Source: Ostreococcus lucimarinus
Lineage: Eukaryota
DNA length: 64,000 bases
Assembly: GCA_000092065.1 (NCBI GenBank)
Contig: CP000585.1
Direction: 5' to 3' (one strand)
Translations under genes and position numbers: made by a program
Shown here: one piece after another, positions 28,731 through 39,253 of the stretch
Numbering within the stretch: position 1 is the stretch's first letter
Layout: each line of letters opens with the position of its first letter
The notes under the pieces: model-generated
Databases searched by the model: none
What the model was told of the DNA's origin: nothing
Seen by the model: only the letters and a program-made list of their open reading frames with translations

Positions 28731-29201
28731 ATGATGATGGCGATGACGACGACGACGACGACGTCGATGAACGCGGGACGACGACGAGACGCGAGGACGT
28801 CGTTCGGACGCGCGACGACGACGCGGGCGACGCGGGCGACGCGCGCGACGACGACGACGACGACGGCGTTCCTGAACTTTGGCGGGAACAGGGCCGCCGC
28901 GGGGGGGGCGGTGGACGCGACGCCGTACGTGTGCGTCGACTGCGGGTACGTGTACAGGGGGGGGGACTTTAAGAAGTTGCCGAACTCGTACCGGTGCCCG
29001 ACGTGCAACGTCGGGAAGAATCGATTCAAGGCGCAGGGAGGGTCGTCGATGCTGGCGCAAAAGAAGGCGAACAAGGCGGCGTTTCGGGCGAGACGCGAGG
29101 CGGCGAGCAAGGGAGGGAAGGCGACGAGCGGACGCGAGGCGTTGAAGCAAAAGATGATGGACGCGCAGGCGGAGAAGGATAAAAAGCGCGGGTGGTTTTA
29201 A
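28731..29201 (+). CDS. Rubredoxin-like domain protein with an organellar presequence and a Lys-rich C-terminal tail
   Basis: YVCVDCGYVY...LPNSYRCPTCNVGKNRF matches the CxxCG...CPxCG rubredoxin knuckles. The N-terminus is Thr/Arg-rich. Confidence 0.55.
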   Translation: MMMAMTTTTTTSMNAGRRRDARTSFGRATTTRATRATRATTTTTTAFLNFGGNRAAAGGAVDATPYVCVDCGYVYRGGDFKKLPNSYRCPTCNVGKNRFKAQGGSSMLAQKKANKAAFRARREAASKGGKATSGREALKQKMMDAQAEKDKKRGWF

Positions 29202-29299
29202 ACGTCGATCGAACGGACGCCGAGGCGCGAAAATCGAAGCGCTTCTCGCTTTTAATTAAAGACCTCTTCTACTCGAGCGCGCGACGATCGTCGTCTCGT

Positions 29300-30233
29300 C
29301 TAGTCCAAAACCTTGGCGACGACGCCCGCGCCGACGGTGCGACCGCCCTCGCGAAGGGCGAAGCGCAAACCGGGCTCCATCGCCACCGGATGGATGAGCT
29401 CGAAGACGGCGGTGACGTTGTCGCCCGGCATGACCATCTCCGTGCCCTCGGGCAAGGTGATGTTGCCGGTGATGTCAGCCGTGCGCATGAAAAATTGCGG
29501 GCGATAGTTGGAGAAAAACGGCGTGTGTCGACCGCCCTCTTCCTTCTTCAGCACGTAAATCTCAGCCTCGAACTTGCTGTGCGGCTTGATCGACCCGGGC
29601 TTGCACAAGACTTGCCCGCGCAAAATTTCGTCGCGCTTCAACCCGCGAAGCAACAACCCGCAGTTGTCGCCGGCTTGACCTTCGTTGAGCGTCTTCTTGA
29701 ACATCTCCACCCCGGTCACCGTGGTCTTCTTCGTGGGCGTGATGCCGACGACGTCGACGTCGTCACCGGTGCGAATGATGCCTTGCTCGACGCGACCGGT
29801 GGCGACGGTGCCGCGGCCTTGAATGCTAAACACGTCTTCGACGGGCATCGAGAACGGCTTGTCCAAAGCGCGCGCGGGTTCGGGGATGTATTCATCGATC
29901 GCCTTCATCAATTCAACGATCTTGTCTTTCCCGATCGCGGGCTCCGTGCCCTTCAACGCGTGCAAAGCCGAGCCTTTAATGATCGGAATGTCGTCGCCGG
30001 GAAACTTGTAAAAGCTCAACAATTCGCGAAGCTCCATCTCGACCAACTCCACGAGCTCTTCGTCGTCCACCATGTCCACCTTATTCATGAACACCACGAG
30101 CGATGGCACGCCAACTTGTCGGGCGAGCAAAATGTGTTCCCGCGTCTGCGGCATCGGCCCATCCGCCGCGCTCACGACGAGAATCCCGCCGTCCATCTGC
30201 GCCGCCCCGGTGATCATATTCTTCACGTAATCC

Positions 30234-30267
<34 letters not shown>

Positions 30268-30667
30268 TCGTCGCCGTCTCGTACTCCACGTGCGAGGTCG
30301 AGATCGTGATCCCTCTCGCCTTCTCCTCGGGCGCCTTATCGATCTGATCGAACGCGATCTCCTTCGCGCCTCCGATCTCCGCCATCACCTTCGTGATCGC
30401 CGCCGTGAGCGTCGTCTTCCCGTGATCGACGTGTCCGATCGTCCCCACGTTCAGGTGCGGCTTCGATCGCGTGTTGATGTCGTACGCCGCGTACGTTCGC
30501 CGCATCTCGCCTCGTCCCAGCGCGCGTCGCGCCGTCGCCGTCGCCGTCGCCGTCCCCGTCCCCGTCGTCCCCATCATCGCCGCCGCCGAGGTTTCCATCG
30601 TCGCGTGCGGCGCGCGTCGCGTCGCCGTCACCTTCGCGAGGCGCGTCATCGCGCGTCGCATCGCCAT
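29300..30667 (-). CDS. Elongation factor Tu, mitochondrial type (nuclear-encoded with presequence)
   Basis: The 788-aa ORF 29300..31666 is EF-Tu over its last ~400 aa: [24 protein letters not shown], and the full domain 2/3 sequence ending [15 protein letters not shown]. The presequence starts [18 protein letters not shown] at 30667, verified on the sequence. The region 30668-31666 is a stop-free GC extension. Confidence 0.88.
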
Positions 30668-30943
30668 CGTCGAGACGCGCGAGCCGTCGCGGTGTGACGC
30701 GCGTCGGTCGCGCCGCGCATCCGATTCCCATCGTTCGCGCGATTCGCGTCGACGCTTTCGTCGGCGCGTCGCGGACGCGTCTCGTGCGCGTCTCGGGACG
30801 GGATTTGGTGCGACGTGTCCGAATGTCCGAACGTGCGCATCCAACCGATCGTGTGGGTAAACAGTCCGCGGTGTGGATCGCGCGCGACGGTCCGCGGCGC
30901 GGATTCGAATCCGCGGCATCGCGCGTCGCGACGGACGACGACG

Positions 30944-31954
30944 ATGGCGAACGCGACGCGACGACGAAAAAGCCGCGACGACGAAAGAGACGACGCCGAG
31001 AGCGACGAAAAAGACGCGCGGACGACGACGACGCGGACGCGGACGGCGACGACGCGGAAAGGCGGAGACGAGGCGGACGCGCGGACGCGCGATGGGAAAA
31101 AAGATGCGGACGACGACGGCGCGGAAGACGACGGACGGGACGAGACGCTGGAGCGAGGGAACAGCGAGTACGTGGGGGTGCGAGACGAGGACGCGGCGGC
31201 GCTGTCGCGACGGTACGCGGAAAACGCGGAGGCGCGGTTGACGCGAGCGGGGAAGGACGCGGAGACGATGAGCGCGGAGGAACGGGAACGGTTGACGAGC
31301 GAGGTGATGCGGTACGTGCTGTTCGCGTCGCATCAAAATCGAGGCGCGCCGGTGCTGCGAAGCAAGATCGGGGAGGCGATGAGCGCGATCGGGGGGGCGG
31401 GAACGAAGAAGGGGGCGGGATCGTACATCGTGGCGCTGGCGCAAAAGAAATTTTTGGATATTTTTGGGTTTGAAATGATAGAGCTCTCGCGGGCGCAAAG
31501 TCGGAATAAGAGACCGGCCAAGACGGTGAACGAATCGCAAGCGGCTTCGGCGAAGTGCTACGCGTTGCGAAGCGTTCTTCCGGCGCAGATGCGAAGGAAA
31601 TTCGTGGACGATCCGTCGGCGACGGCGGCGCGCGGATTCGCCATCGTCGTCGCCGCGCTCGTGCAAATCTCAAACGGTTGCATTCGCGAGGAAACGCTGT
31701 TCGAGCAACTCGCCCAGCTCGGCGTGGTGTCGGGTGAGCATCTCAGCGAAAATCACGCCGAACTTGGCGATGTGCGTGCATTAATGGCGCTGCTCGTAAA
31801 GCGACGCATCTTCATGCGCGAGCACTCGAGTTACGACGATCCGACGATGGGGTACTCCTACGAGCTCGCCGAAGGTGCGGAAGCCATCATCGGCTACGAA
31901 AACATCGATAAATTCATCAACGAGTCCATGCGCTCGCAAATTGCGACGGTTTAG
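30944..31954 (+). CDS. MAGE-homology-domain protein, NSE3-like (non-SMC element of the SMC5/6 complex)
   Basis: ORF 30815..31954. The likely start is MANATRRRK at 30944. The acidic/basic N-terminus is followed by [26 protein letters not shown]...[21 protein letters not shown]...[16 protein letters not shown], the double winged-helix MAGE pattern. Confidence 0.6.
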   Translation: MANATRRRKSRDDERDDAESDEKDARTTTTRTRTATTRKGGDEADARTRDGKKDADDDGAEDDGRDETLERGNSEYVGVRDEDAAALSRRYAENAEARLTRAGKDAETMSAEERERLTSEVMRYVLFASHQNRGAPVLRSKIGEAMSAIGGAGTKKGAGSYIVALAQKKFLDIFGFEMIELSRAQSRNKRPAKTVNESQAASAKCYALRSVLPAQMRRKFVDDPSATAARGFAIVVAALVQISNGCIREETLFEQLAQLGVVSGEHLSENHAELGDVRALMALLVKRRIFMREHSSYDDPTMGYSYELAEGAEAIIGYENIDKFINESMRSQIATV

Positions 31955-32048
31955 CTGTAATTGTTCGTTTTTAACGCGAACCGAAACTCCTCTTCCATTT
32001 CGACGTGCTCGCCCCTCGAGTCTTCAAACGTCCGCGCGTCGACGAATC

Positions 32049-32879
32049 ATGGCCTTCTTCGCCCGCGCGGCGAAAGAAATCCCTCCGGGGATCACGAGTG
32101 ACGACGTGCGATACATCTCGATCACCATCGTCGCCCTGACGTGCGTTTTCGTGACGTTGAATCGGTTCCTCTGTCCCAAGTTTGCCCCGAGGTTCATGCG
32201 TAAAGAGCCGTTCTTGCTCGCGTTTGAGCTCACGTGCTTCGCGCCGTTGGCGTATTGCGCGTACGTCGGCACCCGTGGATGGTTGTACGACCTCAACGTC
32301 GGCTACGAGACGCCGCATCAGCGGCTGCACAAACCCCTTCCGTTGAGCTCGCGGAAGATGATTTTGTGCAACTGCGCGTTTCAAATCTGGGACTTCATTA
32401 TTTCGCTGCGACACGCGCAGTTGAACTCGATCGAGATGTTGATGCATCACGCCCTAGCCGCGGCGTTGTGCTTGGCGGGTTTGCACATTGGATTTGGGCA
32501 GTATTACGGCTTGTTCTTTATGGGCGTCACGGAGACGTCTTCGCTCCCGCTCGTGTGGGTGGATCTCGGAAAGTATTATCCAGAGCTCGCGAAGCGATGT
32601 TCCGGCATGGATTTACTCGCGAAGGTGATATTCGGTCTGATGTTTATAGCCGTTCGTGACGTTTTGTTCATGAAACATTCCATCACGCTTTGGAAGGATT
32701 CGTTCGCGGTGCTCGCCGCGGGCACGGCTAAATTCCCAGGCGTCACGAAGGCGTTCTTGGTGACCAATCTCTTCTTCAACGTCTTGCAAATCGCTTGGAC
32801 GAAGAAGCTGCTCGATGGACTATTTGAACTGATCAACGGGGGCGGCAAGGACGAGGCGGACAAGGACAAGGAAGAGTAG
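32049..32879 (+). CDS. TLC (TRAM/LAG1/CLN8) domain membrane protein
   Basis: ORF 31875..32879. The likely start is MAFFARAAKEI at 32049. It has six hydrophobic segments and a conserved HH pair (MLMHHALAAALCLAG). Confidence 0.55.
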   Translation: MAFFARAAKEIPPGITSDDVRYISITIVALTCVFVTLNRFLCPKFAPRFMRKEPFLLAFELTCFAPLAYCAYVGTRGWLYDLNVGYETPHQRLHKPLPLSSRKMILCNCAFQIWDFIISLRHAQLNSIEMLMHHALAAALCLAGLHIGFGQYYGLFFMGVTETSSLPLVWVDLGKYYPELAKRCSGMDLLAKVIFGLMFIAVRDVLFMKHSITLWKDSFAVLAAGTAKFPGVTKAFLVTNLFFNVLQIAWTKKLLDGLFELINGGGKDEADKDKEE

Positions 32880-32915
32880 ACTAAACGACTTGTAAATATT
32901 GAAAGTGTGAGCGCG

Positions 32916-34475
32916 TTATTGCACTCGACATCCGTGCGTACCCGGTGAGTCTAATCTATCAATCACTCTGCTCGCGTCGAGGTGCTTACCCGGTGACCGC
33001 GTCGAGCGATCGAATAACGCGCGACGCGTGCCATCCGGAGTGGCATCCGGTTCCGGATGCGACGCGTATGACCGTGGCGTCCTCGGCGAATCGCGCGCGA
33101 GGTGTACTCTCGACGCTTGAGAATCCTTAAACGTCACTCGTCGCGGAGACGAGGAGACTTGCCCGAGTCTCGAGGGCGTCGTCGGCATCGAAACAGTTCT
33201 CACTCGCGATGGCGTCGATGGTGCGCTGGCACCAGTTTGATGGGTGGAGTCTCGACTCGTGTTCAATACGGTTTCGTACCCTTCTCTGCGCATCCTCGCG
33301 AGCTCGCTCAGCAAGCGATCTCGACTGAGCAAAAGCTCTTGCTCTGTCGCGCTCGCGACGGCCACGGCGTGAGATGAGCGACGACGAACGTCCGCTAATT
33401 CGCCCTCGTGCTTTAACTCCAGCTCTTCTATTCGATTTTTAGCCTCATTCAACTGCGACTCTAGCTGTCGCTGGCGTTGGAACTCTTCCGCCTCGCGTTG
33501 GCGCAGGTAGTCTCCCTCGCTCATCAGGGCCTCTTCCATGCGTTCGCGCGTTGATCTAGCGTCCGCCAGCTCTCTATCTAGACGCTCGATTTCCATCGTC
33601 GCCGCCGCCGCTGTATCTTCCATCTCAGTCGCGTGCACGAGCGCCTCGTCGAGCTGCTCCCTGAGCTCGGACGAGTACGCTTTTTCGACTTGTAAATTCT
33701 CTCGTACCAACTTCAACTCCTTCTCCCTGTTCTCTAATCTCTCCTTCAGCGAACTCACGCGTTTCTGCAACTCCGCGCTGAGCTTGGTCTCCGACCGCAG
33801 CGCGCTCTCGAGCGATTCCCGCCCCGCGGCCTCGGCCGCCAGAAGTTCATCCTTTGCTTGCAGAGCGATTTCCATAGCGCCAAAGGTATCGATGATTCTC
33901 CCTCGCGTGTCCATCGTCGACCCCGAGTGCTGCGGAGAGTCGATATAGGCACCAGAATTAACCTCGCCCGGCGATGCCGCCGTCGGTATCAGCGCTCGCA
34001 CGCGCGCGTCTCGAGGCTTTTCCGCCCGCGCGTTCGCCCGCTTCGTCCCGTTCGCTCGCGCGTCCCGAAACGCTTCCACGAACGCCGTCGCCTCCCCGGG
34101 CGTCTCCGCGCACAAAAACACACCATCATTCACATTCTTCACCTCGATGTACACCCCACATCCCGCCTTCCCTCGTTCGCCGTGTATGTTCAACGACGAC
34201 GCGACGCACCCGCGCACGTCGTCGAGCGCCACCGACGAGCTCGCCTTATCGCTCGTCGCGTCCTTCCGAAACTCCAATCGATCGCCCACGACGCGCGCGA
34301 AGCGACGATTCCAGCACTTCGTCACGTCGTTGCGCTTCGAGATCCACATCCCTCGCCGCAGGCATCCGTCGTCGTCGCCGTCGTCCGCGGCGTCGTTCGC
34401 GACGTCATCGCCTCTCGCGCGCGCGCCGTCGACGCTCGACGCGCGCGCGTTCGCCGTCGACGCCGCGTTGGGCAT
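32916..34475 (-). CDS. PH-domain plus long coiled-coil protein
   Basis: 519 aa. The PH-like segment reads GMWISKRNDVTKCWNRRFARVVGDRLEFRKD...GVFLCAETPGEATAFVEAF. A roughly 200-aa heptad-rich E/L/R coiled coil follows. The gene converges on the TLC gene with a 36-bp gap. Confidence 0.55.
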   Translation of the reverse strand: MPNAASTANARASSVDGARARGDDVANDAADDGDDDGCLRRGMWISKRNDVTKCWNRRFARVVGDRLEFRKDATSDKASSSVALDDVRGCVASSLNIHGERGKAGCGVYIEVKNVNDGVFLCAETPGEATAFVEAFRDARANGTKRANARAEKPRDARVRALIPTAASPGEVNSGAYIDSPQHSGSTMDTRGRIIDTFGAMEIALQAKDELLAAEAAGRESLESALRSETKLSAELQKRVSSLKERLENREKELKLVRENLQVEKAYSSELREQLDEALVHATEMEDTAAAATMEIERLDRELADARSTRERMEEALMSEGDYLRQREAEEFQRQRQLESQLNEAKNRIEELELKHEGELADVRRRSSHAVAVASATEQELLLSRDRLLSELARMRREGYETVLNTSRDSTHQTGASAPSTPSRVRTVSMPTTPSRLGQVSSSPRRVTFKDSQASRVHLARDSPRTPRSYASHPEPDATPDGTRRALFDRSTRSPGKHLDASRVIDRLDSPGTHGCRVQ

Positions 34476-34589
34476 CGTCGGTGACGCCGCGCGCGCGCGC
34501 GACGCCGTCGCCGTCGCGCGCGCGCGACCGGAGTCGCCGTCTGACGCCGCGACGCAACGGTCGGTCCCGCGTCAGACGGCGACGCGCGA

Positions 34590-35483
34590 ATGGACGACGA
34601 CGGCGACGGCGACGACGCGCTCGCGGCGCGACGATGCGAATCGAACGCGAGCATGCGCTCGATCGATTACCTCGTGCGCGGCGAGCGGGTGAAGACGAAC
34701 GCGCGGCTGCGCGCGTTCGCCGAGACGGAGGTGTGTCGAAAAATGCTGCGCGACGAAAACTACGCGAGCTGGGCGCGGCGCAAGGGGCGCGCGCTGCGAA
34801 AAGAGATCGCGGAGGCCATGGTGACGTGCGCGTTCATTCGTGAGGAGCTGGTGGCGATGGATGGGAGCGCGCGCGGGGAGAAATCTATCGTGGTGTTTGA
34901 CTTGTGCAGCGGTAAAGGTTTGACGTCGAGCGTGTGCGCGGAAACGTTGGGGAAGAATTGTGAGGTAATCATGGTTGACAGCGATCGTAAAATGAAGTTG
35001 ACGCATTTGGATAGCGAGAGACAGGTGGTCCACTTCGCGCTGGACGTGTACGACGAGGCGTTGGACGAGATGATGGCGCGAGCGCGAGCGAGCGGCGCTC
35101 GGGTCGTCGTGTGCGGCGTACACCTGTGCGGCGATTTGTCGCGAAGAAGCATCGAGTTGTGGTCGAAATACGGGGATATTTTAGTATTGTCGCCGTGCTG
35201 CTTAGTGCGCGAGGTTCGTTCGCAGAAGCGCCCGCACGGGACGTTTGGGTACGGCTTGCCCGAGGTGGCGACGCGCGTCGGCGGAGATTCGTACGATTTG
35301 TGGAACAAATTGCTCTTCGCGCACGTCCCCACGCACGTCGGGCCGTTTTTCGCGCGCGTCATTAAACGTCAAGCCGTGGTCGAGGATATGTTGACCGAAA
35401 AGAATCGATTCATCATCTGTCGACGATGCGAAGACGTCTCGGTGGAGCGTTGCGAAGTCGCCGTGGCGCGCGCGAGCGTCTGA
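34590..35483 (+). CDS. Putative class-I SAM methyltransferase-like protein. Family assignment is uncertain; TRM13/Methyltransf_32-like is possible.
   Basis: The motif-I-like segment IVVFDLCSGKGLTS and an acidic loop VIMVDSD were seen. The acidic N-terminus suggests the true start may be MRSIDYL. Confidence 0.35.
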   Translation: MDDDGDGDDALAARRCESNASMRSIDYLVRGERVKTNARLRAFAETEVCRKMLRDENYASWARRKGRALRKEIAEAMVTCAFIREELVAMDGSARGEKSIVVFDLCSGKGLTSSVCAETLGKNCEVIMVDSDRKMKLTHLDSERQVVHFALDVYDEALDEMMARARASGARVVVCGVHLCGDLSRRSIELWSKYGDILVLSPCCLVREVRSQKRPHGTFGYGLPEVATRVGGDSYDLWNKLLFAHVPTHVGPFFARVIKRQAVVEDMLTEKNRFIICRRCEDVSVERCEVAVARASV

Positions 35484-35634
35484 AAATGTCTGAGAAATTA
35501 CAACACATCATCGTCATGGTAGATTTAGAGTAAGTAGTCGTATAAGATGTTGTTAGCAGCTTAGCATCCACGCGACTTTGAGCGTCGGCGTGGAGCACGT
35601 CGCGTCACTTCGCTCGCGGCGGCTGAATCATCGT

Positions 35635-36234
35635 TTAAAATCGACGTTCGCTCTCGAAAATGTGATCCATGTTCATGGACACCCCCGACACAAGCTGGGA
35701 CAAATCCTCACCGGGTTGGTCCGCCAACTTCCAAACGCGCTTATCCGCAGCCGTGAGCGGGAATTCCTTGAAGTACGCCTCGGAGCCGCCTTGAATAATC
35801 TTGCACTGGGTGTACCCAGCCTTCGTGATCCCTCGCCACGCGATCTCGCTTCGCTCCGTGCCGTCATCGCACACCAACAAAATTCGGCTCAGCGTGTTCG
35901 GGAACTCGTCTCTGATCTGGCCCATGAAGTACGGGTTCATCTCGACTTCGCCCGTCTCTTCGTCGAACACCGCCAGGCAAATCTTCTTCCACGTCGACTT
36001 GCTCCCCTCTTGCCACTCCTCGGGCGAGCGAATGTCGACGATGACGAAACCGCGTCCGATGGTGTCTTTGACGTCCGCGATCGGGCACTGCGCCTTGGCG
36101 AGCGCTTCGTCCACGTCCGCGGACGCGCGCGCGATGTGTCTCGCGGGGCGGCGCGCGTTCGCGCGCGACTTGGACGTCTTGAAGGCGGTCGTGCGCGCGA
36201 TGGCGCGCGCGCTGAGCGTGGCGATGGAAGACAT
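35635..36234 (-). CDS. Rhodanese-domain protein, plastid/organelle-targeted
   Basis: 199 aa. Motifs are FVIVDIRSPEEWQ ... LVCDDGTERSEIAWRGITKAGYTQCKIIQGG, with the active-site Cys in a CDDGxR loop. It has an N-terminal presequence. Confidence 0.75.
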   Translation of the reverse strand: MSSIATLSARAIARTTAFKTSKSRANARRPARHIARASADVDEALAKAQCPIADVKDTIGRGFVIVDIRSPEEWQEGSKSTWKKICLAVFDEETGEVEMNPYFMGQIRDEFPNTLSRILLVCDDGTERSEIAWRGITKAGYTQCKIIQGGSEAYFKEFPLTAADKRVWKLADQPGEDLSQLVSGVSMNMDHIFESERRF

Positions 36235-36445
36235 GGTGCTTCGTACGGTTTAGGGAATTGGTCCGGTGCGGAGAGTGGCGCGGGCGACGTCGACGCGTCG
36301 CGTAAGGGCCGGCGCGATGTCGACGTCTCGACTTGGGATGCGCGTACATTTAGATGGCGTTTAAAATTCTAGAATATTGCATCCAGGGACATTTATGACC
36401 ATTATCCAAAACGAGGCCCCCCTGAGTCGCGAGCGCGCGCGAGCC

Positions 36446-38341
36446 TCACGACGCGCTCGAGCGCTCCTTCGACGCGGCGTCGACGCGGTCGTCGCGCAAG
36501 ATGGACTTGAACGCGATGCCGTTGATGCGGCAAAATAATATAAAGCTCGCCAAACCGTAGTACGCGAATGTGATCCACCAGATGTAGGAATACTTGGCGA
36601 GGCCGAAGACGTGCGTGTTGAGATACGACATCGCCGCGCCGAAACCGAGCAACCCGATGGCGGTGAGACCGGCGAGGAAATTCAGCGCTCGAGCGGCGAC
36701 CATGACGCCGTAGAGCGATTTGGAGATGATGTTTGCGGAAACCGCGGCGGACATGGGGAGAACGACGGAATGGAGCTGCGCGATGACGGCGGCGTCGGTG
36801 GTGAAGACGCCGGCGCAGAGGTAACAGCACGCGGCGAAACCGGAGGAACAGGTGGCGGCGGTGAACAGACCGAACTGGAACAGGATCATCGCCATCTTAC
36901 GTGCGTTCGCCTTCGAGGGCGTGATTATGTGCTCGGGCATGAACGCTTGCCCGGCTTGCACCAAAGGATCGCCGCAGAGGACGGTGAAGGAGAAGAGCGT
37001 CGCCGCGATTCTGTGCGCCGCGGAGACAGTGACACCGAGCGAGTTTGCCTGGAGGATCTGCGTGGTATAAATAGCCAACAACGCTGCGACCAAAAACGTG
37101 ATCGGGCCGAAGAACGCCATAGTCGGCGCCATTTGCGCCTTGGTGGGAATCATCGCTCGAAGAAACGAACGCGAACCGTCGCCAAAATTTTGCCTCGGTG
37201 GAAACTTTAAGAGTCCGCGTCGATGAAGCAAGACCGTGATGGCGATCAAACCGGTGTATAATGACGCCGTCGTCGCCCACGCGGCGCCCGCGGCGCCGGT
37301 TTTAAACACCGCCACCATGAGATAATCACCCACGAAATTCACCACCGCCGCGAGCGCGACGCAGAGCAGCGGCCCCACGGTGTCTTTTCTCGCCACCAAA
37401 GTCGCGTACGCCGACGCCGTCAAGAACGCCGCGGGCATCGCCAAGCCACGAATGCGCGTGTATCCCGCCGCGATCGTTTTCACCTCTCCCGTGACGCTCA
37501 GTAAATCTAACAGCGCGTCCGTGCGAGCGAGCAACAGCGCGCCCACGGCGAGCGAGCTCGCGCCGGCGATGAACAGCGCGCCGTACACCTTCCCGTTCAG
37601 CTCATCTTCGTCCTCGCCGCTCGCCACGCCTCGACTCACGATGGACGTCAAACCAGCGGTGATGAACGCGAACAACGACACCGAATAATCCGTCAACGGC
37701 GTCGACACCCCCAACGCCGCCAGCGCCACCGCGCTCGCCTCCCCCGCGCACCGTCCCACGAACGCCGTGTCCGTCATCGTCAGCAGCGGCGATATCAAAT
37801 TCGACGCCAACAGAGGCGCGCAAAATCCCATCAGCGCTCGCAGCTCTCGTCTCGCGTTCAGCGTCCGTCCGTCCGTCCCCTCGTTCGCGCTCGCCGCTCG
37901 CGTCCGCTCGCGCGCGCGTCGCCCCGCCTCCTCGCGCGCGCGCGCGCGCGTCGCCCGTCCCGCGCCCGATCTCGTTCCCGTTTTCACCGTCGCCGCGATC
38001 GCGTCTCGCGTCGACGCGCGCGCGACGCGTCCGCGCCGTCGCGTCGTCGTCTCTCTCGTCGTCGTCGCCGTCCCCGTCGTCGTCGTCGTCCCCGTCGTCG
38101 CGCGCCGTCGTCCCCGCGCCGCGCGCGCGACGCCCGCGGTCGCCGCGGTCGCCGGCGTCGTCGTCGCCGCCGTCGTCGCCATCGCGTCGACCGACGCGCG
38201 TCCGACGACGACCGCGACCGGCCGCGCGCGGGTCGTTATGAAACCCGAGGGTTCGCGCGCGCCGCGTCGTCGGGAATGCAAAGCGTCATTTCGAGGCTGA
38301 GCGATTGAAGGCGGGCGAACGGAGGACGACGAGCGATTCAA
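36446..38341 (-). CDS. MATE family efflux transporter with a long N-terminal transit-peptide-like region
   Basis: 631 aa. Twelve TM segments begin after about residue 170. It has the MATE-like duplicated 6-TM architecture. The presequence is Thr/Ala/Arg-rich. The start could instead be MATTAATTTP at about 38182. Confidence 0.75.
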   Translation of the reverse strand: MNRSSSSVRPPSIAQPRNDALHSRRRGAREPSGFITTRARPVAVVVGRASVDAMATTAATTTPATAATAGVARAARGRRRATTGTTTTTGTATTTRETTTRRRGRVARASTRDAIAATVKTGTRSGAGRATRARAREEAGRRARERTRAASANEGTDGRTLNARRELRALMGFCAPLLASNLISPLLTMTDTAFVGRCAGEASAVALAALGVSTPLTDYSVSLFAFITAGLTSIVSRGVASGEDEDELNGKVYGALFIAGASSLAVGALLLARTDALLDLLSVTGEVKTIAAGYTRIRGLAMPAAFLTASAYATLVARKDTVGPLLCVALAAVVNFVGDYLMVAVFKTGAAGAAWATTASLYTGLIAITVLLHRRGLLKFPPRQNFGDGSRSFLRAMIPTKAQMAPTMAFFGPITFLVAALLAIYTTQILQANSLGVTVSAAHRIAATLFSFTVLCGDPLVQAGQAFMPEHIITPSKANARKMAMILFQFGLFTAATCSSGFAACCYLCAGVFTTDAAVIAQLHSVVLPMSAAVSANIISKSLYGVMVAARALNFLAGLTAIGLLGFGAAMSYLNTHVFGLAKYSYIWWITFAYYGLASFILFCRINGIAFKSILRDDRVDAASKERSSAS

Positions 38342-39081
38342 CGAGAGACGCGGGCGAGTCCGGAGCGATGCGCGACGCGGTGGAGGACGCGATGGCGCGC
38401 GCGACGCGAACGCGGGCGCGAAGGCGCGCGACGCGGGACGCGCGAAAGGGGGAACGACGGACGTTCGGGACGGCGGCGAACGCGCGGGACGACGCGGGGC
38501 GCGAGCGCGGGTACCTGAAGAAGAACGAAGGCGCGTGGGCGGCGATCGGGGCGGCGATCGCGCGCGAGGAAGACGCGGTGAGGCGGGAGGCGCGAGTGAG
38601 ACGCAAGGCGGCGACGCCGGGACGGGGAGAGACGTGGACGGCGCGAAGAGACGGCGAGGCGAGGAATTGGGTGCGGGAAAACGCGCTCGAGGCGATTCGC
38701 GGCGAGGCGTCGACGGCGCGCGGCGCGCGAAAGGGATCGAGCGAAGGCGCGTTCGCGAAGGAAGACTACGGTCGAGTGCCGGCGTATTTGGTGGAGTTTA
38801 ATCGCGAGAGAGAGCGCTCGGAACGTCTCGAACGCGAGACGCGCGATAAAAATAGTCGCGAGCGCGAAGCCGCCGGGAGAATGCGAGACGACGAACGTCG
38901 AGCGCTGATCGAGGGTCTGCGCGCCGAGCACGCGAAAATCAGTTCTTCGTATCAGAAACTTCCCTTCGTCGTGGACACGCCGAACAGGCGCGCGCGAAAG
39001 GAGGCGCACGAGCTCAAGCTCGCGCGCATCGAATCCGACATCAACCTTCTCGGCGCGCGAACGGTGTTCATCGAAGGCTGA
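38305..39081 (+). CDS. Enkurin-domain protein (flagellar/ciliary). The start is probably internal, for example MRDAVEDAM at about 38368.
   Basis: The C-terminal 100 aa match the enkurin domain: EDYGRVPAYLVEFNRERERSERLERE ... ERRALIEGLRAEHAKISSSYQKLPFVVDTPNRRARKEAHELKLARIESDINLL. Confidence 0.55.
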   Translation: MKAGERRTTSDSTRDAGESGAMRDAVEDAMARATRTRARRRATRDARKGERRTFGTAANARDDAGRERGYLKKNEGAWAAIGAAIAREEDAVRREARVRRKAATPGRGETWTARRDGEARNWVRENALEAIRGEASTARGARKGSSEGAFAKEDYGRVPAYLVEFNRERERSERLERETRDKNSREREAAGRMRDDERRALIEGLRAEHAKISSSYQKLPFVVDTPNRRARKEAHELKLARIESDINLLGARTVFIEG

Positions 39082-39253
39082 GCGCGCGCGCGAGGCCAAG
39101 ACCGCGACGCGCCCTCGCGCTGGATTTGAAATCATCATCGCCATCGTCGTTCTCTTCTCTTCTCTTCTCGATCACGCGCACCCGATCGGCGGCGCCGCCC
39201 AACCGCCGCGCGGCGCCCGGCGCGGCGCCACACGCCGACGCGCCGGTCGCGCC

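Noticed and set aside
30668-31666. N-terminal 330 aa of ORF 29300..31666 and ORF 30336..31673 -
   Set aside because: EF-Tu homology starts only at the presequence beginning at 30667. The upstream part is a stop-free GC extension overlapping the divergent NSE3-like gene on the other strand.
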